Positions 1 to 12,868 of a stretch of 64,000 nucleotides of DNA are shown piece by piece. Within the stretch, counting starts at the first letter, position 1. Every line of letters starts with the position of its first letter. The notes beneath the pieces were generated by a model. The model saw only the letters and a list, made by a program, of their open reading frames with translations, did not search any database and had not been told where the DNA came from. Origin of the DNA: Eledone cirrhosa (taxonomy: Eukaryota); assembly GCA_964016885.1 (NCBI GenBank), contig OZ024749.1:56544001-56608000 (forward strand). The letters are read 5' to 3'. Made by a program: the position numbers and the translations under genes.

Positions 1-421
1 TGCTGAGTAAACCTCTTCAGGTGATGTCCAACACACACAACTAACGAGTTCACTATGTTGGAAGGAGTTAAGGTAAAAAATAAATATATCACCAAGCTTA
101 AATATAAATGCACACCGGTCTTGCTGGATTTTGCTGACTTAATCAACCATAATATACCACATGTAATATTATATATATATATATAATTTAGTTTCATAAC
201 GGAACAAAGGCACTACCCAGGGTTTCGAGACATTAATTTGACCATATCTCCAGAAAACAATGTTGAGAGGAGGACCACACGATGCACCACTGCCTTGTTT
301 GCCCTCTACTACCCAACCAGTGCAGCTTAAAATAAATGGGAAACTGTCATATAACCACATGCTTCGAGGATACGAAAAGAAGCAGGTGCTAATACGTGTT
401 TGTGTGTGTATATATATATAT

Positions 422-765
422 GGAGGCACATGGCTTAGTGGTTAGAGCATTGGCCTTGCAATCGAAAGGTTGTGAGTTCAATTCTCAGACCGGGTGATGT
501 GTTGTTTCCTTGAGCAAGACACTTTATTTCACATTGCTCCAGTTTACTCAGCTGTAGAAATGAGATGATAGGGACGGAGGTCCATATCATTCCACTGCAA
601 AGTGGTCGTGGAGGTGCCACGGCAAAAAAGCACCCAGCACTCACTGTAAATGAGGTTGGTGTTAGGAAGGGCATCCAGCTGTAGAAATCAAGCCAGAATC
701 AGTTCCCGTCCCACCCTTGCAAGCAGGGAAAAGCGGACGTAAAATGAAATGATGATGAAATGATG
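422..765 (+). mobile_element. tRNA-derived SINE (family A), near full length
   Basis: A box TGGCTTAGTGG, B box GAGTTCAATTC, body TTGAGCAAGACACTTTATTTCACATTG, 3' part GTTAGGAAGGGCATCCAGC, (ATG)n-like tail. The head recurs at 12762 (+) and 31770 (-). Confidence 0.8.
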
Positions 766-774
766 ATATATATA

Positions 775-851
775 CAGGGTGTCCCCAAAAATATATACAC
801 ACTTCAACAGCATTTTAATGAAAGTGTGTATATATTTTTAGGGACACCCTG
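775..851. mobile_element. Tc1/mariner-type MITE (77 bp)
   Basis: TA|CAGGGTGTCCCCAAAAATATATACACACTT...AAGTGTGTATATATTTTTAGGGACACCCTG|TA: terminal inverted repeats with TA target duplication. Related copies at 29094 and 44292. Confidence 0.85.
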
Positions 852-1183
852 TATGTATGTATACATATATATCCGTGTGTGGTTGACAGCTGAGAGAAAA
901 AAGTACTCAATACCGAAATAAAGTGTTAATACTTATTTTATTGCTTGTTTAAAACCTATAGATTGCCGAGTTGTGTCGGGAGTTGGGGGGACAGTTTAAA
1001 AAGGTACTGAATACATTGGTAGTGTTTAGGCATCTTTAAATATATATATCTGCGTATGTGTGCGTGTGTATACATATAAAGTGTGTTTACCAATAAAAGT
1101 ACGGCATTTTTTTTTTTATTTCAGTCTCGGAGACCGACAGAGTAACAAAAAAAATAAATAAATAAAGAAAATTATTTATTTTT

Positions 1184-1321
1184 AGAGTTACGCCCCTTTA
1201 TGTCCTGAGTTCAAATCCCGCCAAAGTTAACTTTGCCTTTCATCCTTACGGTGTCGATAAATTAAAGCACCAGTATTGCACTGGGATAATTGCTGGCCTT
1301 GTGTCAAAAGTAGAAACAATT
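1184..1321 (+). mobile_element. SINE family B, 5'-truncated copy
   Basis: GAGTTCAAATCCCGCC..GTTAACTTTGCCTTTCATCCTTACGG.GTCGATAAA..GGCCTTGTG..AAAGTAGAAACAAT, shared with more than 10 other loci in the window. Confidence 0.8.
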
Positions 1322-2082
1322 GTTTATTTAGTTATATTACAGGGTTGTTAGTTTACAGGTCTGGTAAGAATTTGGATAGTGAAATGTACATTTTGCGTGT
1401 GTGTTTTAAACGAATATAACCTTGAAAGGAGTCGCAAATTACACTGTAGACTGGTGTAATATTTAATAAAACTTATCTACAAACTACAGAACGAAACAAC
1501 ATATATGACCAACAAGTGACCGATTACGTGTTGCGGCTGAAAAACACTTGCCAACAGGTTATTTTAGCTGTCTGCTGTTATTAATAACAATTACGATATT
1601 TTAACGAACGTAAATTAAATTATAGTTATGTTTAACATTATATATATATATATATATATATTTGGAAAAAATGAAATTTCATTTCTCACTCTTAGTACGG
1701 CTGTTACTTAAATATAAGTATGTATACGTACATACATATATGTATACAGACGTACAGTAGTATGTATATATATACATACATGTACACATATATATATGTA
1801 CGCATGGATTTACCGAGCATTTATTATAATGCTCGGTTTGTTTGTAAACAAACATCCCGAATTAAGCCGTACAGGGTTCGGCAACCATCGTTGCCCTTTT
1901 GTTCAACACTGACAAAGGAACGATCAACTAGTTTCGAGCTTATTAGCTATCGTCAGCACCGTATACCTTCCTGTCAGATGATTGAACGTTTGAAAGTATA
2001 TACTTTCATTATGCATATTAACGGCTGAGCAGCCTAATTTGCATAAACCGAACATTATAATAAATATTCGGTAAACCCATAC

Positions 2083-2134
<52 letters not shown>

Positions 2135-2318
2135 ATACATACTACTGTACGTCTGTATACATATATGTATGTACGTATACATACTTATATATATATAACC
2201 CCAATGATATAAATGCAGATAGTATGCTAGAGCACTCTCTGGAATACAGTATCCCAGAAGGGCGGTGCCCCAGCATGGTCTTAACCGGATGGCTAGAACA
2301 GGTAAAAGAGTGTGTGTG

Positions 2319-2389
<71 letters not shown>

Positions 2390-3529
2390 AGAAATCCCTA
2401 AGTGTATGAAACTTTGTTTAAAGCTGTTGAAGTGGCAAGAGTTCAGCAGTCGGGCTCTGTATAGCCATACTCTACTATCACAAATATCCAGTACTCTGTT
2501 AAGTAATGGTCAAACTAGTTTTATCTGAGTCTATGCCGCAAACTAAACACAAAAACAAAATGGTGTAGGACAGAACTGAGGAGAGACACAAAATAAAAAC
2601 CTAGTCACTGAGGGCGTCACAGAATGTGTGACGAAAGAGCTTAATACATAAACAACCTCCCGCTTATCGAACCAACCAGCCAACCGAAAACTTATAATAA
2701 ATTGAAGTGGAAATCAACTGGTGCGTGTATTTTTATTGGCAACATGACCCTCCCAAAGTATAACACTATCTGTTTCAACACGTTTTTAGATAAGAAATCT
2801 TGCAAAATAAATTGAAAAACGAATTATATATATATAGAGAGAGAGAGAGACTTGTAAAAGTTATATTTTAACGGGAGTTTTTTGTTAGTTTTTAAACGTT
2901 TTTTTTCTTTTCTCTAAAGATAAAGTAAATATAATTGAAGTGTTAATATTTTTAAAAAAGGATATGTTTTGGTTCCTTGTGTAATGAAAGTTTGAGTCTC
3001 ATCTTGGTAAAAATATCCAACAAAGATAACGAGTTATTATTGTTGTCTGTTTACAATGTCAGCCTAGATACAACTCCATGACAACTTTTCAAAGTATCAC
3101 TATACGCATGTGTGAAAAAGAAGGGTAATAATAAAATGAGGAATGTGTAAATGAGAACGAAATATCTTTCAATTTCTTTTTTTTAATTTGCTTAAATTTA
3201 ATCTAATTTCCTTATAATAATATTAAGAGGCTACAATTTTTTTTTATTAATTAAAGCAAAAGCTTGTTTTTGGACTTGTATTATTTAAATGTATAAAATT
3301 TTGTTTAATAACTTAAGTTTACTATAATATGTTAAGTATGTATTCTCGTTTTATTGAGCACGAAATAACATAAATTCTATTCTTGAAATTAAGTGCATTT
3401 TAAAATTCTAAATTATGTTTTTTAAACAAAGAAAGTGGGGAATAAATTAATAAAGTTCTGATTTAGAAAAAACAAAACAAACAAAAACTGCTGTTTCTTT
3501 CCGGAGGTCCATTCTGTGGTTTAACTTCG

Positions 3530-3543
3530 GTTGTCATAGAGAC
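3530..3543 (+). promoter_or_regulatory. RFX X-box-like motif GTTGTCATAGAGAC
   Basis: Resembles the X-box pattern GTTGCCATGG(C/A)(A/G)AC. Lies in non-repeat sequence 20 bp before ATGA|GTAAGT (3563-3572). Motif match only. Confidence 0.3.
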
Positions 3544-4009
3544 AACTACGCACAGTTTCGGAATGAGTAAGTCGCTTCTCTTTATTTTTTCCTTAAATTA
3601 TTGTGTTTGGAAAGTACGTGAGGGGGAGCATTCTGAATAACGAATAAACATTATTGTTTAGGGGTCCCACATAAGCAGGCCTGCCGCTAAGGGCTTTGGT
3701 GCTCGGGGTGAGAGAAGGAAGAAAAGTGGGTGGGGCTTCAGAATCTTAAAGCTGGACACTCTAATTCACAATAATTCTAAGGCGGCGTTTTCGGGGGCAA
3801 TAAGCATTTTACCGTAAATTTTAGGGTGCACCACTGAAAAACCGAGGGAGGGGAAGGGCAATACCATAAAGTGCCCCCAGCCTACATGTATGTAAAATAG
3901 AGCGTGGTAATGTTTTGGGATTTTAGACACTCCCAAAGGGAGTTTTTGCTTACTAATTGCATGGACAATCTAAGTTATTTTCCCCACTTATTACGAGGGT
4001 CGGCTGAAA

Positions 4010-4209
4010 NNNNNNNNNNNNNNNNNNNNNNNNNNNNNNNNNNNNNNNNNNNNNNNNNNNNNNNNNNNNNNNNNNNNNNNNNNNNNNNNNNNNNNNNNNN
4101 NNNNNNNNNNNNNNNNNNNNNNNNNNNNNNNNNNNNNNNNNNNNNNNNNNNNNNNNNNNNNNNNNNNNNNNNNNNNNNNNNNNNNNNNNNNNNNNNNNNN
4201 NNNNNNNNN
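4010..4209. other. Assembly gap (200 N)
   Basis: Run of exactly 200 N. Preceded by TACGAGGGTCGGCTGAAA, which resembles a mariner TIR start. Confidence 0.99.
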
Positions 4210-5764
4210 CAATATAACAGTTAAAAAAAAACTGTTATATTGATGCCATGTATTTTAAGCTGTATTACACGCACCCTCTCTATTGTTTGTATTATGTTAT
4301 CTCGTTCTCAATATTAGGGTATAAATATTGAGTTTTGTCACATGTTAATCACTACCATGACTGAATCTTAACCATCTATTATGTCAGGGTATGTCATGCA
4401 TCATGCTATTTTATCTGATGAGGACGTACTGTTAAACTTAACTCAGTACCTCTGAAATATGTATAATAAATATAATTGATCATAAGAATATCTATTTTTG
4501 TAATATTTTGAATTAATATATATATATACATATGTGTGTGTGTGTGTGTGTGTTGGTGTGTCTGTGTATATCTCTGTATGTGTTAAAAACGTACAGATTC
4601 CGAATAATTAACTAAAATTGATAAACTTCACTAAACTACTTACAGCGCTGACCTCCGACCTTATCTTAGCATGGTCAGAGGTCAATGATAACAACCAGAG
4701 ACAAAATACTGACACTAACACAAACATAATGACTGAGAGAAATAAACAAATTGATTGGAAATATAAAAAAAAAGGCAAAAAACAACGACAAAAGCCAAGG
4801 CAAACAAACTACAACGAAACCAAAGAACAATAGAAAAAAATAACAAAACTGCTGTAATAGAAGTCTTGGCAATACAAATAAGACCATAAAATTCTACAAA
4901 TCGATGACAAAACAAATATGTTAGAAATTATAATCATCAATATAATAGCTATTATGTTAATATTTCTTAATCATTTCTATAGTCTTTCATATTATCATTA
5001 ATATTATTAATATTATTATTATATTATATTTTATAGATTATACATGAAGAAAAAAATCGTCAAATTAAATAGACAAACAAACGAATCGAATAGAACGCAA
5101 CAGTTGTATATATATATAAAGAATTGCACACACAGACACACACATATAATATATTTATATACACATACGCACATATGTATATATGTATGTGTGTGTATCT
5201 ATCTATCTCTATATATATCTATCTATATATATATATATAATATATTATATATATATGTATATGTAATATATTATATATATATATATATATGTATTACATA
5301 TATATATATGTAATATATATATATGTATGTATATACGTATATATATATATATAATATATTATATATATATGTATATGTAATATATTATATATACATATAT
5401 ATATGTAATATATATATATGTATGTATGTATATACGTATATATATATATATAATATATATATATATGTAATGAACCCAACATCAAAGTTGAGAGAACCCT
5501 ATCAACGTATTACCTTCAAAGTCACTCATTAACCTTACATTAATCGGGCTTCTTTGATCTTCTTCTTTGAGCCGAAACATCGTTACACACACATACATAC
5601 ACACATACACACTCATACATACACACACCTACACACACACACATACACATAGTTGCACACACACACATATACAAAGGCGGACTTACATTCTTACATACGT
5701 ACAATAATACATATATATATACACATCTCTCCGTATATATAATAAAAAAAATGTATATATATGT

Positions 5765-5799
<35 letters not shown>

Positions 5800-5826
5800 A
5801 TATATATATATAATAAAGTAAAAATG

Positions 5827-5857
<31 letters not shown>

Positions 5858-6249
5858 TATACATATATATATCTATACATACATATATATCTATACATAT
5901 ATATACACATATATACATATTTATCTATACATACATAATATATCTATACATACACATACACATATATATATATATACATATATATAAACACATGCACACA
6001 CAAACATAAGCATACATATATTACACAAACAAACATATACATATATTTATACACACACACAAGCTCATATGTATATATACACACATACACGTATTCACCC
6101 TTTTCTTTTAGATGTTCCGTGTGAGTTACTGGAAATGTAATCTTTTCCTTGTGGGAATCCTCTCCAACACATCTAACAACTGTTTTATCTGAAATTTCTC
6201 CTCTCCTTTTCATTGCCAAACTATTCTACATCTATTGGGCTTTTGTCGT

Positions 6250-7150
6250 TGTTGGTGGTGGTGGTGTTGGTGGTTGTGGTGGTGGTGGTGGTGGTGGTGG
6301 TGGTGTTGGTGGTTGTGGTGGTGGTGGTGGTGGTGGTGGTGGTGTTGGTGGTTGTGGTGGTGGTGGTGGTGGTGGTGGTGGTGGTGGTGTTGGTGGTTGT
6401 GGTGGTGGTGGTAGTGTTGGTGGTAGTGGTGGTGGTGGTGTTGGTGGTAGTGGTGGTGGTGGTGTTGGTGGTGGTGGTGGTGGTGGTGTTGGTGGTTGTG
6501 GTAGTGGTGGTAGTGTTGGTGGTAGTGGTGGTGGTGGTGTTGGTGGTAGTGGTGGTGGTAGTGTTGGTGGTGGTGGTGGTGGTGGTGTTGGTGTTGGTGG
6601 TTGTGGTGGTGGTGGTAGTGTGTTGGTGGTGGTGGTGGTGGTGTTGGTGGTAGTGGTGGTGGTGGTGTTGGTGGTGGTGGTGGTGGTGGTGTTGGTGTTG
6701 GTGGTTGTGGTGGTGGTGGTAGTGTTGGTGGTAGTGGTGGTGGTGGTGTTGGTGTTGTGGTGGTGGTGGGTGGTGGTGTGTGGTGTTGGTGGTTGTGGTG
6801 GTGGTGGTGGTGGTGGTGGTATTGATGGTTGTGGTGGTGGTAGTGGTGGTGGTGGTGGTGGTGTTGGTGGTTGTGGTGGTGGTGGTAGTGTTGGTGGTAG
6901 TGGTGGTGGTGGTGGTGTTGGTGGTAGTGGTGGTGGTGCTGGTGGTGGTGTTGGTGGTGGTGGTGGTGTTGATGGTTGTGGTGGTGGTGGTAGTGTTGAT
7001 GGTAGTGGTGGTGGTGGTGTTGGTAGTTGTGGTGGTGTTGGTGGTGGTGTTGGTGACGGTGGTCGTGGTGGTGTTGGTGACGGTAGTCGTGGTGGTGGTG
7101 GTGACGGTGGTCCTGGGTGGTGGTGGTGGTCGTGGGTGGTGGTGGTGGTT
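6250..7150. repeat. (GGT)n-derived microsatellite
   Basis: ~900 bp of GGT with GTT/TGT/AGT variants. Produces the poly-Gly and poly-Val ORFs in the track. Confidence 0.95.
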
Positions 7151-7532
7151 ATGTTATCAGTGCTGATTGTGATGGTGTTGCTGCTGCTGATGATCTCATG
7201 GGTGTATTATTGTTAATGAGTTTTTGATTGTTGTTGTCGTCCTCCATTGACCACCCCACCCCAGCCCACATTACTACACACACCAGCACGTGCAATACCA
7301 CTCCACCACCACCGCTACCAAAGCCATCAAAACCTAAAACAACAACAATGCCATCATCATTCTTCTCCCCCTCTCCTCTTCCTTCATATGCATCAGTAGC
7401 CATGATCATCATCACCACCCTCATTGCATCACTGTAATTATAATCATCATCATCCTCATCATCATCATTATCATCATCATTATTGTCATTATCATCATCA
7501 TCATCATCACGATAATAATGATGATGATGAGG

Positions 7533-8066
7533 GGGCGGTGGATTAGCAGTATCGGTAGAGGGTCGGACAACATGCTTTGCGGCACAGAGTTACGGCCCTT
7601 TACGTTCGTTCTGAGTTCAAATACCGCCGAGGTTAGTTTTGCCTTTCATCCTTACGGGAGTCGATAAAATAAAGTACCAGTAATGCACTGGTGTCGATTT
7701 AATCGTTGTTGGCTTTGTGTCTAAATCAGAATATAAGGGCTGTGGATTAAAGTAATCGGTAGAGGGTCGGACAAAATACTTTGAGACATACTGTTACGTC
7801 CCTTTAAGTTCTGAGTTCAAATCCCGCCGAGGTCAGCTTTGCCTTTCATCCTTACATGGTCGATAAAATAGGGTACAAATACCTGTAACGTACTGGGGTT
7901 AATTTAATCGACTTTCCCCTCCCCCCTAAAAATAATTATCGGCCTTGTGTCTATACCAGACGCCGAGGTTAACTTTGCCTTTCATCCTTACGGGGTCAAT
8001 AAAATAAAAGTACCAGTAATGTACTGGGATAATTGCTGGCCTTGTGCCAAAAGTAGAAACAATTAT
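7533..8066 (+). mobile_element. Head-to-tail array of three SINE family B copies (7533-7733, 7737-7960, partial 7960-8066)
   Basis: Repeated A-box-like TAGCAGTATCGG, B box GAGTTCAAAT and central GCCTTTCATCCTTAC..GATAAAATAAAGTACCAGTAATG(C/T)ACTGG. Confidence 0.85.
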
Positions 8067-8269
8067 TATTATGGTGATCAACATGAATTCCTGGACGTTA
8101 TGGACATCGTCACCCCTTTCCTCGTTATAGTCGTTACCAAACCCTAATCCTTCACATTCTCATCGTTGCTACCCTAAACTACTCCTCTCCCCTCTCCCCA
8201 TCCTTTCAATCTGACCCTCATCTCTCCACGTTACCTTATCACCTTTCATCTTAGTCCGACCCTTCTACT

Positions 8270-8790
8270 GCGTCTCAGCATCATCATCATCGTCGTCATC
8301 ATTGGTTGTCATTGCCTTTTGTTATCTATCTCATCATCATCATTGTAATTATCATCGTCATCACTACAGCCAGCACCATCATCATCATCATCACCATTAT
8401 TATCATTATTAAAAACATGACCTCCGCCACCCCCTTCCCCATCAACATCATTGTCATTAACTTTAAGAAATTTATACTCATTATCAAGTTCATCGACGTG
8501 GTACTCCTCAGTAACATCATCATCGTCATCATCATCGTCATCATCATCGTCATCATCATCATCATCATCATCCATATCACTACAATAATCGCCGTCATCA
8601 TCTCGTCCGTCATTATGCTGAGAAAATTTAGCTCCATCATCAATCTCATTATTATTATCATCATTGTCATCATCTCTATCAGCATCATCTCCATAAACAC
8701 CACCACCACCATCCCTACCTCCACCAACAGCAACTCAATCATCATCATCATCATCATATCAGTCCTATCATCTACCTCGTCATGTTTCAT
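8270..8790. repeat. (ATC)n-derived degenerate microsatellite
   Basis: CAT/ATC/ATT triplet runs give poly-I, poly-M and poly-D ORFs. Confidence 0.9.
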
Positions 8791-9206
8791 CATCTGTGTT
8801 TTTATCAGTTTCAATCGTAATTTCAAGCGAGGAACAAATTGCCTTCACGTATTTCATTGATTTCACTTTCTAAGCTGAAACAAATCTAACCCAGATCGAT
8901 TTCATTTCTCATCATTACAGAGTCGACAAATAAAGTACCAGTCATGTATTGGAGTAGATAAAAATGTCCATACTATTCCTTCACATAACACATCATTATG
9001 TTTTATCTATCACAAACGTATCATTTTTTACAAGAGTAAGAATACAAGAAAAAGAAGTTGAAAATGACACCAGAGTCTTTAAGAAGATTTATCTTAAAAA
9101 ACTTTACCGGTTTCACAACTGTAACATTTTCACTTAACTTTTGAAAATCATGAAAACTGTGAAGTTATTGTTAACAAATAATCTTAAAGTGCATTTACAC
9201 TTCTTT

Positions 9207-9254
<48 letters not shown>

Positions 9255-10091
9255 CACATGTGTGTGTGTTTGATACCGGTTCGACAGCACCTGCATGATT
9301 TGTTTCACATAAGCCCACAAATTTGAGGTAAGGTAAGGTTTGGTTGAAAAAAAAAAACGCCGAAGAAACAAATAAAAAACACACCAAAAAGCACCATAAA
9401 ATCTGAGTAGCAGAGTTAGCAGGTTGTATGATAGGAGTTGGTAATTGGAGTTTTTCAGCAGAAGATAATTGGAAGCATATAACAAACGAGATGGTTATAT
9501 TAAGATTTAGATATTTAAATAGATAGACAGACTGTCATAAAGAGATTATTTATTACTACTAATGTACATTTTTTATTGAAGCATTTTCTGGGCTTTTAAC
9601 AGATAAATTCTTTACGACCTTGAAAAACATCTGTCATATATTTGAAGCATTAAAGGTTAAACGTATCTCATCCTAAAACAAAACATTATTTATTCATCTG
9701 CTTTTCTTTAGTTTATCATTTGTTTTTATATAACTTTAATGGTACGTTATGTCGTTTTCTAGTGTTTTATTAAAATGTTTACGCATGCGCATATATATAT
9801 ATATGTATACATGTAAGTATGTATGTATGTATGAAGGTATGTATGTGTGTATATATTCACCCAAACACGTATGTATGTATGTATGTATGTATGTATGTAT
9901 GTATGTATGTATGTATGTATGTATGTACATAGATATATATGTGTCTGTGGTTGTTTGATTTGAGCTCTGTGTGTGTGTGCACAAAAATTAAACAGAAAAT
10001 ATTATTGTAAACATCACAGTACAATGAAGATATACAATTTTTTAACATTTAATATAGTAGGAAAGTTGTCTTAACGTTTCGAATGTCAGCC

Positions 10092-10131
<40 letters not shown>

Positions 10132-10162
10132 TTCGTACTTACTGTACAAAAGGACAGAAAAG

Positions 10163-10245
<83 letters not shown>

Positions 10246-10392
10246 TTACGATAAACATAAACTATAACAACGTCACAGTCACAAAGATGTAGGCGACAAT
10301 GATGACGATGATGATGGCGATGGTGATGGCGATGATGATGGTGATGATGGCATGGCGATGGTGATGGCGATGATGATGGTGATGATGATGGC

Positions 10393-10492
10393 ATGGCGAT
10401 GGTGATGGTGATAAAAGTTATGATGATGGCGATGGTGATGGTGATAAAAGTTATGATGATGGCGATGGTGATGGTGATGAAAGTTATGATGA
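10393..10492. repeat. 33-bp tandem repeat x3 within a (GAT)n tract
   Basis: ATGGCGATGGTGATGGTGATAAAAGTTATGATG repeated three times. Confidence 0.85.
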
Positions 10493-10839
10493 TAACGCCA
10501 CCTACTTTTGGAACAAGGTCAAAACTTTATGGGCGGCGTCCAATTACTCTCCGTATAGCAGTGACGTATAATTTATCGATCCCCGGGGGACAAGACGGGT
10601 ACTTAACAAACACTGTTTACAGAAATAAGGATGAAAACTGTAAAATATAGATGGCGGTGAGACTAAATACCAAGTGTCATTTAGTCCGGCGCTCTACTGA
10701 TCTTGCTCTTACACTCATTGCTCTTTATCTGGGTTTTGTGACGAATATGGCGAGGGAGAGGAGGGGGCGCGGAGGGGGAGAGGAAGGAGAGGGGGAGGGG
10801 GGGGGAATGAAGATAGAGTAGTGATGATGGTCTGGACAC

Positions 10840-11056
10840 TGCAGATTTCTTCCAAAGAAGGACAGAAAAATGAGCAAGATAAAGTAAGAAAGGAATTTAG
10901 AGAGAGATTTAACCCCAGTACAAGACTGGTACTTTTTTTTATTGACCTTGACTGGATGAAAGGCAAAGTTGACCTCGGCGGGAATTGAACTGAGAATGAA
11001 GAGAGGCGGAACGGAAACCTGCAAATCTTTCCATTCGACTCTGCCAATTCGTTGCC
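10840..11056 (-). mobile_element. SINE family B copy
   Basis: Plus strand shows CTGGTACTTTTTTTTATTGACC..GGATGAAAGGCAAAGTTGACCTCGGCGGGAATTGAACT..CTGCCAATTCG, the reverse complement of family B. A more decayed copy lies at ~10500-10700. Confidence 0.8.
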
Positions 11057-11659
11057 TAAATAATATATGACTAGCTGCAAACAAAATATTACCGGTAAGA
11101 TTTCTCTAGCTGTTGATTGGCGTGTTTGGGGCCAGATCAACTCATCACGGGTGAACACAGACACAGAATAAATAGCATATAAAATAAGTAGATATATGTG
11201 TTAATTTAAACAAATACACATTTCTGTAACAAAACCTTCTCCACCGATTGAAACTGAGGTTTGTTATTACATACAACAGCTCGCTTTCATTTGTACGTTT
11301 ACATGGAACCTGTAAAAAGATACAATCACAATTTTCTATGCCAACACTCTGCCGAGCAAAAGTAGAACTTTTAGACAATTCTTCATATATATATTCCTTT
11401 GGTGACCATCCGGTATTTGACTACTGTGATTTACCGATTAATTGGGGAAATTTATTTTTTATTTAAAGAAATATATACAAAGGAGATTAATCATTTTAAA
11501 AGGTATCTATATTTGAAGTTCTAGTTAAACTTTAATTGGTTACCTACCTAGCTGTGTGTGCTTACACACTTTACACATTATTCCCTGTGATTTTTTCATA
11601 TATGTTTATTTTATATATATATATGTCAATCTATTTCTAGTTGATATATACATATATAG

Positions 11660-11747
11660 TAATAATAATAAATGGGAAGGCTAAAATCGAAAGAAGATCC
11701 CGTTAAGGGTGAAAGCAGCGATTCTTTGCTTAAACTTTAATCTGTTA

Positions 11748-11755
<8 letters not shown>
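11660..11755. repeat. Dispersed TA-embedded repeat (family C); other copies at 16902-17030 and 22257-22415 in opposite orientation
   Basis: GAAGATCCCGTTAAGGGTGAAAGCAGCGATTCTTTGCTTAAACTTTAATCTGTTATTTTAAT is the reverse complement of 22265-22326 and similar to 16905-16970. Confidence 0.85.
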
Positions 11756-11801
<46 letters not shown>

Positions 11802-11924
11802 TGTGTATAAATCTGTATATGTTTATGTATATATATATTGTGAAGGTTTGAGAACATGTATCGATGATCAATATATACATCCAGCTAGCACTGACCAAGT
11901 TTATAACGTCGTGAATATAGACCG

Positions 11925-11957
<33 letters not shown>

Positions 11958-12761
11958 TGATGATGATGATGGTGATGATGATGGTGGTGGTGGTGGTCGT
12001 CGTCATCATCATCACCATCCGCCTAGTAATCTGTGTGACTTCATGTATCACATGTAGTAAGTGTAGTCAATGTGATACATGTGGTACGAAGTCGGTATAG
12101 TGTCCCATAAAGCCAGGAACTGGTCAGTGTCACGTGAGATGAAGAGAAACGTCTTCTTCACAATTTCTCTTCATTAGTGTCGATAGAATCTTTTCGTTTT
12201 TTAATGTAATTATATACAAACACACACACACACAAGACAATATATACACGCACACACACAAGACTATACACACACACACAAGACAATATATATATATATA
12301 CACACACAAGACAATATATACACACACACACACAAGACTATACACACACACATACACACAAGACTATATATACACACACACACATGACTATATGTACATA
12401 CAGAAACACTCATTTTCATACATACATACACACATATATATATTCATATACATACATGTACATTCATACATACATTCATATTCATATACAAACATATATA
12501 TACATATATATACGCACACATATATATATATACACACATACATATATTCATACTCTCGGTCTCCAACACTCCCCCTCCCCCACTTATTAATTTTCCAGAT
12601 ATTTCCACACCCCGCTCATATCCCCTCCCCCATTAAATTTTAGACTATTTTATTGAACTGTTTGAATAAGGAATAATTACTCTTAGAAACTGTGTTGACT
12701 CAATGGTGGCCATTTATTAATAGATGGTTATAGCCATTTGTAGAATAGTTTAGTCTGGTCA

Positions 12762-12868
12762 CCAATTAACGGTTAGAGAATTGGGTTTACAATCGCAAGT
12801 TTATCAGTTCGATTCTTGGACCGGTCGATGTGTTCGGTCTTTGAGCAAGACACTTTATTTCACATTGA
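12762..12868 (+). mobile_element. SINE family A head fragment
   Basis: GGTTAGAG..CAATCGCAAG..GTTCGATTC..TTGAGCAAGACACTTTATTTCACATTG matches 440-537. Confidence 0.75.

Noticed and set aside
3992-4009. Mariner-like TIR start TACGAGGGTCGGCTGAAA
   Set aside because: Only 18 bp before the gap, and the partner end is not visible.
6149-7216. 355-aa Gly-rich ORF (keratin- or shell-protein-like appearance)
   Set aside because: Pure (GGT)n microsatellite with no synonymous codon variation. It flips from poly-G to poly-V and is open in several frames.
8306-8860. Hydrophobic poly-Ile/poly-Met ORFs
   Set aside because: (ATC)n microsatellite.
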